Below are positions 19,139 through 29,424 of a stretch of 64,000 nt of DNA, piece after piece (within the stretch, counting starts at the first letter, position 1; every line of letters begins with the position of its first letter). This stretch comes from Geopsychrobacteraceae bacterium. GTDB taxonomy: Bacteria; Desulfobacterota; Desulfuromonadia; Desulfuromonadales; Geopsychrobacteraceae. Position numbers and translations under genes: made by a program. The stretch spans positions 3,200,001-3,264,000 of the forward strand of contig OY759353.1 in assembly GCA_963662315.1 (NCBI GenBank). Direction: 5' to 3'. The notes under the pieces are model-generated. The model was not told where the DNA came from. It did not search any database and worked only from the letters and a program-made list of their open reading frames with translations.

Positions 19139-20602
19139 TCAAGGTGCCGCAAGCTGCTCTGCAGCCAGACGCCCAAGTGTAACGATGGCCGCTTCAACGC
19201 AAGAATCCCAGCAGGCGGCATTCAGACGAATGCAGTTGCTGAATTTGCCTTCCAGAGAAAACAGGTGCCCTGGCGCAATACTGATTCCACACCTGCGCAC
19301 TTCTTCATAGAGGCGTAATGCATCAACCTGTTCTGGCATTTCAACCCATAGCAGGAAACCTCCCTGCGGGCGTGAGACCCGTGTTCCTGCTGGAAAATGC
19401 CGGCCTATGGCCGCGGCCATCAGCGGCACCACGCGGGCATAATGTCGACATAAGTTACGCAGGTGATGATCATAGCCGCCAGTCGCCAGGAATTCGCCAA
19501 TTGCCAGCTGGGTCGGGGTGGCGGTGGCGACACCGGAAATCATTTTGCCATGCTCGATGCGTTCCTGATAACGACCGGCGGCGATCCAGCCGACACGGTA
19601 GCCGGGAGCAAGGGTTTTGCTGAACGAGGAGCAGAGCAGCACATTGCCCTCTTTATCAAACGATTTGGCAACGGAGGGGCGCTTACCGTTCAGGGGCAGG
19701 TCACCGTAAATATCATCCTCAATCAGGGGCACGCCATGGTTGGCGAGGAGCCGTACCAGTTTATGCTTGTCTTCGTCGGCCATCAGGCTGCCGAGCGGGT
19801 TATTAAAGTTCGGGATCGACAGGCACGCCTTGACCTCGCCCTGATTTTTCATCAGTGCATAATCAAGAGCTTCAAGGCTGATACCTCCGCGTGGGGAAGC
19901 GGGGATTTCAAGTGCTTTGAGACCCAGCTCGGCAATCAACTGTATAAAATTAAAATAAAAGGGGGTTTCGATAGCAACGGTGTCTCCTGCTTTGCACAGG
20001 GCCCGCAGTGCCAGACTGACAGCTTCAACACAGCCCGAGGTGATGACGATTTCATCCGGAGCCAGGGCACAGCTGCATTGCAAGGTTCGCTGGGCAATCT
20101 GCTGGCGCAACCGCAGGTTCCCGGGCGGTATCTCGTAAGAGACCGCTTGGCGGGGGTGCAGGCGAACTTCGCGAGCCAGCATCCGGTTCAGTTTGGAGGT
20201 GGGCAATAGTTCGGCATTGGGGGTGGCGATACCAAGCTGTAAAAGATTGGGATCAAGCAGATCACGCATGACCATACCGTAAACATTGTTGATGGTCACA
20301 GTTGCCGGTCGTTTAAGCGACGGCCGGTCGACGACCGGTTCGCTAGGGAGTTTCAGCTGGCGAGAGCGTACGTAATAACCGGATTGAGGGCGTGCTTCCA
20401 GCAGCTGCCGATTTTCAAGCTGGCTGTAGGCTTCTTTAACCGTATTGATACTGACCTGCAGCTGTTTGCTTAAGGAGCGTATGGATGGAACGCGTTCACC
20501 CGGGCGCAAGGTTCCCTGTTCAATCAGGTAGCAGATGCGGCTGGCGACCTGTTCGTAGAGAGGGTTTTGGTTATTGGTCTGGATGGCGGGCGCTTCTAGC
20601 AT
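19139..20602 (-). CDS. MocR-family regulator (GntR HTH plus PLP-dependent aminotransferase-like domain)
   Basis: LYEQVA, PSIRSLS...VSINTV, IEDDIY, SFSKTLAPGYRVGW. Confidence 0.92.
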   Translation of the reverse strand: MLEAPAIQTNNQNPLYEQVASRICYLIEQGTLRPGERVPSIRSLSKQLQVSINTVKEAYSQLENRQLLEARPQSGYYVRSRQLKLPSEPVVDRPSLKRPATVTINNVYGMVMRDLLDPNLLQLGIATPNAELLPTSKLNRMLAREVRLHPRQAVSYEIPPGNLRLRQQIAQRTLQCSCALAPDEIVITSGCVEAVSLALRALCKAGDTVAIETPFYFNFIQLIAELGLKALEIPASPRGGISLEALDYALMKNQGEVKACLSIPNFNNPLGSLMADEDKHKLVRLLANHGVPLIEDDIYGDLPLNGKRPSVAKSFDKEGNVLLCSSFSKTLAPGYRVGWIAAGRYQERIEHGKMISGVATATPTQLAIGEFLATGGYDHHLRNLCRHYARVVPLMAAAIGRHFPAGTRVSRPQGGFLLWVEMPEQVDALRLYEEVRRCGISIAPGHLFSLEGKFSNCIRLNAACWDSCVEAAIVTLGRLAAEQLAAP

Positions 20603-20627
20603 AATGTCCCCTTTGGCATGTGTTTTT

Positions 20628-20747
20628 CTGTATCTGTTGTAGCAGGAGAGTTGAACCTGGAACAGATACAGTTGAGATCTTCCTTGATGGGTACAGTTTT
20701 GGGAATGGATAACTGTGATGGTTACAATAGTTCGAGACTGTATCTGG
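20628..20747. promoter_or_regulatory. Repeated CTGTATCTG boxes, candidate MocR operator
   Basis: CTGTATCTGTT (20628-38) is the inverted repeat of AACAGATACAG (20661-71); further variants at 20691, 20711 and 20737. Confidence 0.65.
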
Positions 20748-20805
20748 CGCAACTAGAAAAAATGTCTTCTAATGACAGCAACGCATTTGTTTGAAAGGAG
20801 GTCTT

Positions 20806-21096
20806 ATGCAGCTGTTATTGGAAAAAGAGGAAGTGCTTGAAGTTGGTAAGCATCAGCGAGATGCACAGATTGTCTGTCATGCCGGCCGGTGCTGGGTGAC
20901 CATCAGTGGCGACAGTCGTGATTATGTGCTGCATAGTGGCAATACAATGATGGTTTCCGGCTCGGGCAGCGTGTGTATCGCTGCTCTGGGGGATGCCAGG
21001 GTTCAGGTTATCACTGAGAGCAGATTGCCGTCCTGGCTGGAAAAATTGACCAGTGGCCGTTTCTGGGGGCTAAAAAAACGGGCTCTTCTGCAGTGA
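20806..21096 (+). CDS. DUF2917-like small protein
   Basis: CHAGRCWVT...DSRDYVL pattern; AAGGAGG SD; divergent from the MocR gene. Confidence 0.75.
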   Translation: MQLLLEKEEVLEVGKHQRDAQIVCHAGRCWVTISGDSRDYVLHSGNTMMVSGSGSVCIAALGDARVQVITESRLPSWLEKLTSGRFWGLKKRALLQ

Positions 21097-21115
21097 CAGA
21101 GGAGCCCGATAAGGG

Positions 21116-21153
21116 GTTTTCATCCGGAAACAGTTTGTTTCCGTTATGAAAAC
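21116..21153. terminator. Hairpin between convergent genes
   Basis: GTTTTCAT..GGAAACA-gtt-TGTTTCC..ATGAAAAC. Confidence 0.5.
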
Positions 21154-21163
21154 TATTCAGTTG

Positions 21164-22087
21164 CTATTTGATATCGCGCAGGTATTTGTAGTAGTCCGCA
21201 TCTGTTGAAATGACTAACTTGCCATTTTTGCTGATGGTTTTTTTGTAGGATTCAAGAGTTCTCAGAAAATTGTAGAACTCCTTGTCCTGATTGTAGGCTT
21301 CAGCATAGATACCAGCGGCCTGGGCATCAGCATCGCCGCGAATTTCCAGAGCCCTGCGGTAAGCGTCGGAGCTGATCTCTTTCAGCTCCCGCTCCATTTT
21401 ACCAAGGATTTCAGCTTTCTCGCCTTCACCTTCAGAGCGATATTGTGCCGCAACTTTCTTCCGTTCATTGATCATCCGTTCATAGACACGGGTACGAACT
21501 TGCTCAACATAGTTAATGCGTTTGATTTGAACATCAAGCAGTTCGATTCCGTATTCGGGGGTGCTGGCACTTGCTTTGGCTAAAATATTCTGCAGAATCT
21601 GTTCGCGGCCAAGCATGTCCTCTGCTTTGACCTGCTGCCCTTCGACTTCAAATTTCTCATCCCCGGGTGCTTCATAGTCATTGCCACGCACCAGCTCCAC
21701 CAGTAAATGTCCGGAAACCGCATCCCTGACGACAGAATCGATAATATCATCAAGACGGCTTTGGGCGCCGCGCTCGGTCGCTACGGTTTTCAGGAACTGC
21801 AGCGGGTCGGCGATACGCCAGCGCGCTGTTGTATCAATCCAGATAAAGCGCTTGTCCTTGGTCGGAATCTGGTTCGGGTCGCCATCCCATTTCAGGATCC
21901 GGCTTTCAAAACGCCTGACATCCTGCATGAAGGGGATCTTGAAATGGATGCCGGGTGCAATGATATCGCTGACCGGTTTACCAAACTGGGTGATAATGGC
22001 TTGCTCCGATTCGTTGACAACGTATAAACCGCCCTGGGCCAGAAGCATCACAATGACGACGATAATAACAATAAATCCGTTTTTCAT
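21164..22087 (-). CDS. hflC: FtsH protease modulator HflC
   Basis: SPFH domain; ITQFGKP, DVQIKRI, RSEGEGE, FLRTLESY. Confidence 0.92.
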   Translation of the reverse strand: MKNGFIVIIVVIVMLLAQGGLYVVNESEQAIITQFGKPVSDIIAPGIHFKIPFMQDVRRFESRILKWDGDPNQIPTKDKRFIWIDTTARWRIADPLQFLKTVATERGAQSRLDDIIDSVVRDAVSGHLLVELVRGNDYEAPGDEKFEVEGQQVKAEDMLGREQILQNILAKASASTPEYGIELLDVQIKRINYVEQVRTRVYERMINERKKVAAQYRSEGEGEKAEILGKMERELKEISSDAYRRALEIRGDADAQAAGIYAEAYNQDKEFYNFLRTLESYKKTISKNGKLVISTDADYYKYLRDIK

Positions 22088-23121
22088 TGTGCACCTCCTG
22101 CCAGGCTATTGCGCAGTGGTAACAGAGGGAGTACACCACTGTTGGTCTTATCCATAATAAATGTCTCATCCAGTTTTGGCAGGACTTGCTCCATGGTTTC
22201 AATATAGATGCGGCGTCTGGTCACTTCAGGCGCCTTCTTGTACTCGGTCAGCAGCGCAAGGAAGCGATTGGTCTCACCACGAGCCTTGTTGATGCGCTCA
22301 ACCTTGTATCCTTCTGCTTCCTCAACGGTACTTTTCGCCTGACCGCGGGCTTTCGGGACTTCGCGGTTGAACTGTTCGCGAGCCTGGAAGATAAGGCTTT
22401 CTTTTTGCTGTTCAGCCTCGTTGACCTCGTTGAAGGCATCCTTGACCGGATCGGGTGGGTTGACGTCCTGAAACTTGACCGTAACAATACGCACGCCAAT
22501 GTCATACTGGTTAAGGGTGCTCTGCAGATCACTTTCAATCGTGCTGGCCAGAGCCGCACGCTCGGTAGTCAAAACCTGGCTGACATTGGCGTTACCAATC
22601 GCTTTACGGACCATGGCTTCGGAAATGTCACGAATGGTCCCGATCGGTTCCTTGATTTTAAACACATACTTGAACGGATCAGAAATCTGAAACTGGACAA
22701 TCCACTCAACGTCACTGACGTTGAGGTCGCCGGTCAGTGTCAAAGATTCTTCCTCGAGCCCTTTTTTGCTGAACGAGGAACGCACCCCGGGATTGACCGT
22801 ACGGTAGCCGAATTCTTCCTTGAGAACACGGCCGGTCGGAACCAGGAACACCTGGTCAATACCGAATGGCAATTTGACGTGCAGACCGGGCTCGGCGAAG
22901 CCTGAAAATTTGCCAAAGCGCAACACGACGCCAGTTTCTTCGGTATCCACCTTGTACATGCCTGTATAAACGCTGATTAAAACAGCCAGAACAATGATGA
23001 TGGCGAGAAGGGGTAAAAATGCTTTTTGCGGCTTGTTGAACTTGTTTTTTATCTGGTTGGTGATGTCGATCACCTTTTTTTCCAGATCGTCCCCGTTAGG
23101 GCCTTGTCCCCAATCCTGCAT
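22084..23121 (-). CDS. hflK: FtsH protease modulator HflK
   Basis: VVLRFGK, LTGDLN, PPDPVKDAF, APEVTRRRIYIETM; ATGA-coupled to hflC. Confidence 0.92.
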   Translation of the reverse strand: MQDWGQGPNGDDLEKKVIDITNQIKNKFNKPQKAFLPLLAIIIVLAVLISVYTGMYKVDTEETGVVLRFGKFSGFAEPGLHVKLPFGIDQVFLVPTGRVLKEEFGYRTVNPGVRSSFSKKGLEEESLTLTGDLNVSDVEWIVQFQISDPFKYVFKIKEPIGTIRDISEAMVRKAIGNANVSQVLTTERAALASTIESDLQSTLNQYDIGVRIVTVKFQDVNPPDPVKDAFNEVNEAEQQKESLIFQAREQFNREVPKARGQAKSTVEEAEGYKVERINKARGETNRFLALLTEYKKAPEVTRRRIYIETMEQVLPKLDETFIMDKTNSGVLPLLPLRNSLAGGAQ

Positions 23122-23326
23122 GACTCTCCTTAATCCTTTGGTTGTGGGTTAATGAGTGGCGGTCGTGAAAACCCGCACGCGCTTAATACACTGAACTTCT
23201 ATTTATAGCAGATTTTCTTCCGTTACGGCAGCGTTTCACTAAGAATAATGAACCGTCTGATCTGGAGCTTTTGCTGACAGAGGCGTATACTCAAGGTCAA
23301 ACCTTCATCTGGGAGACTTGAAACTT

Positions 23327-23629
23327 ATGAACGTTATTGTGGATTTGTGTGTGGTGCCGATGGGTGTCGGCGTGTCTGTTTCCAAATATGTTGCCATGTG
23401 TCAGCAAGTCCTGGAAGCTGCCGGTCTGCAGACCAGCCTGCATGCTTACGGAACCAACATTGAAGGGCCCTATGATGACGTCTTTGCGGCAATCAAGCGT
23501 TGCCACGAAGTGATTCACGAAGCGGGTGCCCCGCGGATCACAACCACCATAAAAATGGGAACCAGAGTTGATCGTGAACAGTCCATGGCGGATAAAATTC
23601 AGAGTGTTAACGACAAGCTGGGAAGGTAA
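23327..23629 (+). CDS. MTH1187/YkoF-family thiamine-binding protein
   Basis: VVPMG..SVSKYVA, HAYGTNIEG, RITTTIK.GTRVD. Confidence 0.85.
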   Translation: MNVIVDLCVVPMGVGVSVSKYVAMCQQVLEAAGLQTSLHAYGTNIEGPYDDVFAAIKRCHEVIHEAGAPRITTTIKMGTRVDREQSMADKIQSVNDKLGR

Positions 23630-23663
23630 TTATCGTCCGGCACCTGTGTTGGGCGATTATCCA

Positions 23664-24794
23664 CTAACTCTGGTTTGCTACGATTGTCACAGTTATCTGG
23701 TTTTTCCCATTATCTTTGCTTTGGTAGCAGGCCAGATCGGCAGCATGTAATAATTGTGAATATTTGACAGTATGATTGTGATGAAAGGCTATGCCAATAC
23801 TTGCGCTAAGCTCTGTAAAGCTAGCTTGTTTGGGAAAGGTGATGCTCTTAATGCCTTCCAGAACCCGGTTCGCTATTTTTTCAACTTTGGTAACATCATC
23901 AACGAACAGGAACGCGACAAACTCATCCCCACCTATACGGGCGATAGCATCATCGGGCCTGAAAGATCCCTTTATGACATCGGCCACCTGTTTCAAGGCA
24001 AGGTCTCCTGCTCGATGACCGAACGAGTCGTTTATCGGTTTAAAATTATCCAGATCAATAAATACAAAGGCAACACCGTGATGGTTTAAGGGGGCAGTAA
24101 ATTTAAACCGATCTTCAAATTCAGAGCGGTTCAGCAAGTCCACCAGCGAGTCATGGGTCGCCCGGTAGTGCATGGTGTGAGTCAGTTTGAAATTTTCCAG
24201 CAGTGTTCTGTTGTTATTATGCCCCGTTTTAGCCATGACCAGGACATACAGTGTAATCATCATGGAAAGACCAATGTCAGTGGGACTGCCGGACATGATC
24301 AATTTTGAAATGACAAGCAGACACGAAGACAGCATGAAGAGTTGAAAGGTCAGTAAGTCAACCGCGTGGGTTCCTGATGATGCGGCAGACAAGCCAACAA
24401 TTGAAAAATAAATCAAAAGTTGATATTCAGCTGAAAAATCCTCATAAAACAGCCACATGGCTATGCCATTCAGAATTCCAGAGGAGAGGCTCAAGAAACG
24501 ATAGCTATTAAGCCAGAATTGGGGGGGTAAGTTGTCTTTGTGGTGGTTGAATCCATACCACAATGCCAGCCTGATGGCAGTAATCAGGACACCTGAAAGA
24601 GACCAGTATAAGGCTGATAACGAAGGGATTTGAGCCCAGATGAACCATGCCAGAATTAAAAAAACGGCAAAACTGCCAGAGATAGAAAACAGGGCATTGG
24701 CATACAGGGAGACCAGTATCTTCTCAGTGACCCACTGTTTATAGTCCGTGTTGTAAGCTGAATTAAAATATTTTTGATATGGAATACTGCTCAT
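23664..24794 (-). CDS. Membrane-anchored diguanylate cyclase
   Basis: About six TM helices; HDSLVDLLNR, DLDNFKPINDSFGH, RPDD I-site, GGDEF. Confidence 0.9.
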   Translation of the reverse strand: MSSIPYQKYFNSAYNTDYKQWVTEKILVSLYANALFSISGSFAVFLILAWFIWAQIPSLSALYWSLSGVLITAIRLALWYGFNHHKDNLPPQFWLNSYRFLSLSSGILNGIAMWLFYEDFSAEYQLLIYFSIVGLSAASSGTHAVDLLTFQLFMLSSCLLVISKLIMSGSPTDIGLSMMITLYVLVMAKTGHNNNRTLLENFKLTHTMHYRATHDSLVDLLNRSEFEDRFKFTAPLNHHGVAFVFIDLDNFKPINDSFGHRAGDLALKQVADVIKGSFRPDDAIARIGGDEFVAFLFVDDVTKVEKIANRVLEGIKSITFPKQASFTELSASIGIAFHHNHTVKYSQLLHAADLACYQSKDNGKNQITVTIVANQS

Positions 24795-25001
24795 ATTTTA
24801 TTTGTCAGGACTATGGTGATTTTTATATTAATTAGTGGAGGTTCATCGATCAATTGTAGCAAAATGCGGCCCTTAAAAAAAGTACTTCCCTGAAGAGCGT
24901 TATAAAAGCAGGACCGATACGGTAACCATTTACGATTCACAAAAATATGTGCAGTGGGATGTCCCTGAATTGAAAGCGCCAAATGGACAGAACTTTGGTA
25001 A

Positions 25002-26003
25002 TCAGTATTTTTTCAGATTGGCAAGTTCTCCCTTTAATTTAAGATAACTGGCCAGCCGTTGCTCTGTCAGTGTACCTGCGTCAATGGCACCTTTAACGGC
25101 GCATCCAGGTTCCGACAGGTGGCCACAATTGCTGAACTTGCATTGGCAGGCAAGCTCTTCAATGTCGGTAAATGACTCAGTCAGATCTTCTTCTTCTCCC
25201 CACAGGTGCAATTCGCGCATGCCGGGATTATCCATCAGGATCCCCCCTTCCTGCAGCAGGAACAGCTCGCGGTGGGTGGTGGTGTGACGCCCTTTGCCGT
25301 CAGCGCTACTGACCTCTGCGGTCTTTTGCTTTTCGCGACCGATCAGAGCATTGACAATCGTTGACTTGCCGACTCCCGAAGACCCCAATAACGCGATGGT
25401 CTGACCAGGCTGCAGATAACTTTTCAGGGTGGTAATTTCATCGCTGTTGCGGGCCATACACAAGTGTACCGGGCTGTCTCCGGCGATTTCTACAACCTGT
25501 TTACGGCAGTATTCCGGTTCCGAGCATAAATCTTTTTTATTCAGCAGGATAACTGCGTCAGAACCACTGCTGCCGACCAGGGTCAGGTAGCGTTCAATGC
25601 GGCGCAGGTTAAAATCCTGATCCAGACCGCTGACAATAAATATCAGGTCGATATTGGCGGCGATAACCTGCTGCTCTGTCCTTTCCTTGCCTTTTGCTTT
25701 ACGACGTCCGGGCAGATTACGGGAAAAAAAATTGTGGCGTTCCAACAGAGCATGGATCAGGCCCCGCTCTCCCGGTTGTGGTTCGATGACCACCCAGTCA
25801 CCGACCACCGGTAAGTCAACACGACCCGTCGCTTTATGGCGAATCTTGCCGGCAAAACGGACTGTCAGTTCGCCTTGCTCAGACCACACTTTGAAATAGT
25901 TTTTTTCCCCGCGAATCACCCGGGCAGGGAGAAATTTGCTATTTTCCCAGGGTTTGAACTGCTTGGCGAAAAAGGTATTCCAGCCCCAGTCTGCTAAGGT
26001 CAT
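25002..26003 (-). CDS. rsgA: Ribosome small subunit-dependent GTPase A
   Basis: VVGDWV, NKKD, GSSGVGKST, GRHTT, DNPG, CKFSNCGHLSEPGC zinc finger. Confidence 0.92.
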   Translation of the reverse strand: MTLADWGWNTFFAKQFKPWENSKFLPARVIRGEKNYFKVWSEQGELTVRFAGKIRHKATGRVDLPVVGDWVVIEPQPGERGLIHALLERHNFFSRNLPGRRKAKGKERTEQQVIAANIDLIFIVSGLDQDFNLRRIERYLTLVGSSGSDAVILLNKKDLCSEPEYCRKQVVEIAGDSPVHLCMARNSDEITTLKSYLQPGQTIALLGSSGVGKSTIVNALIGREKQKTAEVSSADGKGRHTTTHRELFLLQEGGILMDNPGMRELHLWGEEEDLTESFTDIEELACQCKFSNCGHLSEPGCAVKGAIDAGTLTEQRLASYLKLKGELANLKKY

Positions 26004-26911
26004 GCGGTTTCCTTGTGTCGTTGGTTGATGGGCAGGTTAAAAAGCGCCAGGCCGGAGCAGATCATCATGCTGCCGACCAGGTGAAAAGTCTGAAAGCGTT
26101 CATCGAGTAAGACGATGGCCAGCAGTGCGGCAAACAGAGGGATCAGGTTGATGTAGAGTCCGGCTCGATTGGCGCCCAGCTCACGGACACCACGATTCCA
26201 GAACAGATAGGCCAGAATCGAGGGGAATATACCCAGGTAGAGAAAGCTGGCAATAACCGGAGTTGTCAGCTGCAATGCCGCGCTGGTGGAGTGCTCCCAT
26301 AAATATAGGGGGAGCAGAATAATGGCTCCAATGCTGAAAGTGCAGAACAGGAAGCTGAAGGGATGAATTTTCGGAGCACGGCGCAGGAATACTGAGTAAA
26401 AAGCATAAAAAATGACAGCCAGCAGCATCAGCAGATCTCCACGCACAAAGTCGAGCTGTACCAGCCGGTTGATATCTCCCTGAATGATGATATAAGCGGT
26501 TCCGCAGACACACAGGATAACCGCTGAGATTTGCCTGCAAGAGACCTTTTCGCCAAAAGCAAAAAAACTGATCAGCAAAATGATCGCAGGCATAATCGCC
26601 TGCATCAGTGTCATGTTGAGCACGGTTGTGGTATGGGCGGCGGTATAAAGCAGGGTGTTGAAGGATGCGATACCAAGCAATCCAAGGATGACAATGGTCC
26701 ACCAGTGCTGTTTTATCTGCTGCTTATCGTGCTTAAGGTGACGCCAGGACACTGGTAGTAGAATGGCCAGGGCGATGAGCCAGCGGAAGAATGACAGCGT
26801 GAGCGGTGGCACCAGATTAGCTATCCCCCTGGCCAGAACCGAATTTCCGGCCCAGAACAAAGGGGGCAATATCATTAAAAAATAGACGATAACGGGCTGC
26901 CTTCGGGGCAT
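26000..26911 (-). CDS. DMT/EamA-family transporter
   Basis: About ten TM helices; FWAGN, GDLLML, WNRGV; ATGA-coupled to rsgA. Confidence 0.88.
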   Translation of the reverse strand: MPRRQPVIVYFLMILPPLFWAGNSVLARGIANLVPPLTLSFFRWLIALAILLPVSWRHLKHDKQQIKQHWWTIVILGLLGIASFNTLLYTAAHTTTVLNMTLMQAIMPAIILLISFFAFGEKVSCRQISAVILCVCGTAYIIIQGDINRLVQLDFVRGDLLMLLAVIFYAFYSVFLRRAPKIHPFSFLFCTFSIGAIILLPLYLWEHSTSAALQLTTPVIASFLYLGIFPSILAYLFWNRGVRELGANRAGLYINLIPLFAALLAIVLLDERFQTFHLVGSMMICSGLALFNLPINQRHKETA

Positions 26912-26929
26912 CGCACTTCTCCCATCTTT

Positions 26930-27643
26930 TCACGCGGGGCAAAAACGGGAGAGTAGCACAGGTACGGCTGTTTCTACCCGTAAAATCCGTTCACCGAGAG
27001 AGAGTTGCATGAACTGAAGCTCTTGTAGTTTGTTGATTTCGTAATCAATGAAGCCCCCTTCCGGACCGATGGCCAGAACACTTGGTGTTGTAATGCGGGC
27101 CGGAAAAACGGTGGATCCTCCGGGATGAGCGACCAGCCTGGTCTTGCCGCTGCAAATGGCAGGGAGTTCATCCTCGATAAAGGGTTTAAAGCGTGGACGT
27201 AAATGGACCTTGGGCATTATGGTATCGCGAGCCTGTTCGAGTCCTAACCGTAGGTGTTCCTGCAGTTTGACCTGGGTCAGCAGTGGGCTGTGCCAGTAAC
27301 TTTTATCAACCCGATAACTGTTGATCAGGTAAATGTCCTTAACTCCGAGGGAGGTTACCGCCTGAAGCACGCGTTTGAGCATTTTGGGCCGCGGGAGGGC
27401 CAGCAGCAGCGTTACCGGCAGGGGCTGTGGAGCAGGTTGGTTGAGGCAGATGTTTAGCTCAACGCAATCGCTGCCGAGCCTGGTAACGGTACCGAGGCCC
27501 ATGGCGCCATTAAGGAGTCCGATCCTGAGCTCGTCGCCGGGGCTGGCACGATGGACGCTGCGGATGTGTTCAAAGCGTCGATCGTTGAGAAGCACCTGGT
27601 CCTTGGCCATAAAGTCTTCGCTGTCAATCAGAATCAGGTTCAT
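26930..27643 (-). CDS. rsmE: 16S rRNA m3U1498 methyltransferase (RsmE family)
   Basis: LALPRPK, EQARDT, IGPEGGF, LGERILRVETA. Confidence 0.88.
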   Translation of the reverse strand: MNLILIDSEDFMAKDQVLLNDRRFEHIRSVHRASPGDELRIGLLNGAMGLGTVTRLGSDCVELNICLNQPAPQPLPVTLLLALPRPKMLKRVLQAVTSLGVKDIYLINSYRVDKSYWHSPLLTQVKLQEHLRLGLEQARDTIMPKVHLRPRFKPFIEDELPAICSGKTRLVAHPGGSTVFPARITTPSVLAIGPEGGFIDYEINKLQELQFMQLSLGERILRVETAVPVLLSRFCPA

Positions 27644-27939
27644 AACAGAATACGTCCAATGATGACAAAACAGATCAAGCCAGAAAGGATATTGAGGGGT
27701 TGGGCCTGAAAGGTCCGTGGCTTTGGATTAAGTTGTTCAGTGAAGGCGTTGCTGCTACTCAATTGAATTCCTTTGGCTAAAAAGGATAGATTATAGCGTG
27801 GCGCAAGATTTATGTAAATTGATGCGGCAGAAGAAGTCACCGGTTTTCCACTGTAGCTGTTGTTCCGGCGGAAAACCCCTGCGCTTCGGTCGGCAGGGAG
27901 AGTAATGTGGTTAAATGTGAACGCTGGTGGGGGGGGGAG

Positions 27940-29424
27940 ATGAAAAATTTTTTGGTAGTTTTCGGACTGGCGCTGTGTTTTTGGGGAGGTTTTATGGCAC
28001 CTGCATCAGCTGCTGCAAGTGAGTTGGATGAGCGCGTCCTGCCGCTGTTGGAACGCCATACAGGACAGACCGGTGCGTATGTTCTTGAAAAGGGGGAAGA
28101 GGCGTTGTTGGCCAGGGCCTGGCTGGCTGACCACGCAACAAGAAGTATCAATGTCCAGTACTTTATCTGGAGCTCAGATAACATTGGTACTCTGGCGGCA
28201 GAGAATTTATTACGGGCGGCAGAGCGGGGAGTTTCGGTTCGGGTGTTGGTCGATGATCTGATGATTGATGCCCCAGACCAGTTTCTTCTGGCGCTTGCTG
28301 GTCATCCGCATGTTGCCATCAAGATTTATAATCCACAGCACAAGGTTGGCGTATCGACTCCGCAGCGGGTAAGGAATATTTTTACTGATTTCAGAGGCAG
28401 TAACCAACGAATGCATGACAAGACATTTGTTGTCGATGATCTGGTGGCGATTGCTGGCGGCCGCAATATGGCCGCAGAATATTTCGATTATAGTCAGGCT
28501 TACAATTTTCGGGATCGCGATATTTTGCTGATTGGACCAGCAGCAGCGGACATCAATGTCAGCTTTGAACGGTTCTGGAACAGCGAACAGGCTCAACCGG
28601 TTACCGATCTTCTTGCTGATACCGAACCTCCCGCTGTGGATACGGTCAGGAAGATCTATGCTGATTTGCACCGTTATGCCGAAAATGAGGAAAATTTTGC
28701 CCCGGAAGTCAGGAGCGCTCTTGGTGACCTTGCCGGGCAATTCTCTTATCTGGTTGAGCACCTGGTCTGGAGCGATGTTTCTTTTATCAGTGACCGGCCC
28801 GGAAAAAATTCCGGTGCTGAGGGGCTGGGTGGCGGTGGACTGACCACCAGTGCCCTGGCGGATGCTTTAGCCCTGGCTCGGAAGCAGGTCACCATTCAAT
28901 CTCCTTATCTGGTGATGCCGAAAGGTGGTTTGGAACTTTTTTCGGCTTTGATCAAGCGTGGAGTAAGGGTCCGGATCAGCACGAATTCATTGTCGTCGAC
29001 AGATAACCTGCAGGCTTTCAGTGGCTACCATAAACAGCGTAAAGAGTTGCTGGCTGCCGGAATCGATATCTACGAGTTCAAGCCTGCTCCGGCCATTCAA
29101 AAATCACTGATCGATCGCTATGCCATGCTGGAGAAGCAGACGCCAATTTTTGCTATCCACGCCAAAACATTGGTCATCGATAGTGAAAAACTGTTTATTG
29201 GCACCTTTAACCTCGATCCTCGTTCGGCTAATTTGAACACTGAGGTGGGTGTTATTGTTCCCAGTAAGCAACTGGCGACCCAGGTTGAGCAGGCGATAGA
29301 GATTGATATGCGTCCGGAAAACAGTTGGTCGAGCCGGGCGGAGAATCCCAATCGCCATGCGTCTCTGGGAAAAAGAATAAGACTGCTGTTTTGGCAACTC
29401 TTTCCTCTGGAAAAGATCTTGTAG
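27940..29424 (+). CDS. Phospholipase D family protein (ClsC/YmdC-like)
   Basis: Two HxK(x4)D motifs (MHDKTFVVD, IHAKTLVID), GGRN, NLDPRSANLNTE; N-terminal signal peptide. Confidence 0.88.
   Translation: MKNFLVVFGLALCFWGGFMAPASAAASELDERVLPLLERHTGQTGAYVLEKGEEALLARAWLADHATRSINVQYFIWSSDNIGTLAAENLLRAAERGVSVRVLVDDLMIDAPDQFLLALAGHPHVAIKIYNPQHKVGVSTPQRVRNIFTDFRGSNQRMHDKTFVVDDLVAIAGGRNMAAEYFDYSQAYNFRDRDILLIGPAAADINVSFERFWNSEQAQPVTDLLADTEPPAVDTVRKIYADLHRYAENEENFAPEVRSALGDLAGQFSYLVEHLVWSDVSFISDRPGKNSGAEGLGGGGLTTSALADALALARKQVTIQSPYLVMPKGGLELFSALIKRGVRVRISTNSLSSTDNLQAFSGYHKQRKELLAAGIDIYEFKPAPAIQKSLIDRYAMLEKQTPIFAIHAKTLVIDSEKLFIGTFNLDPRSANLNTEVGVIVPSKQLATQVEQAIEIDMRPENSWSSRAENPNRHASLGKRIRLLFWQLFPLEKIL

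Noticed and set aside
19463..20209. Long antisense ORFs (this one, and also 98-781, 22186-22905, 43614-44297, 48199-48855)
   Set aside because: They are shadows of well-supported genes on the opposite strand and carry no recognisable motifs
23245..23285. TPP riboswitch upstream of the thiamine-binding protein
   Set aside because: Only CTGATCTGG resembles it; the CTGAGA and other core elements are not evident
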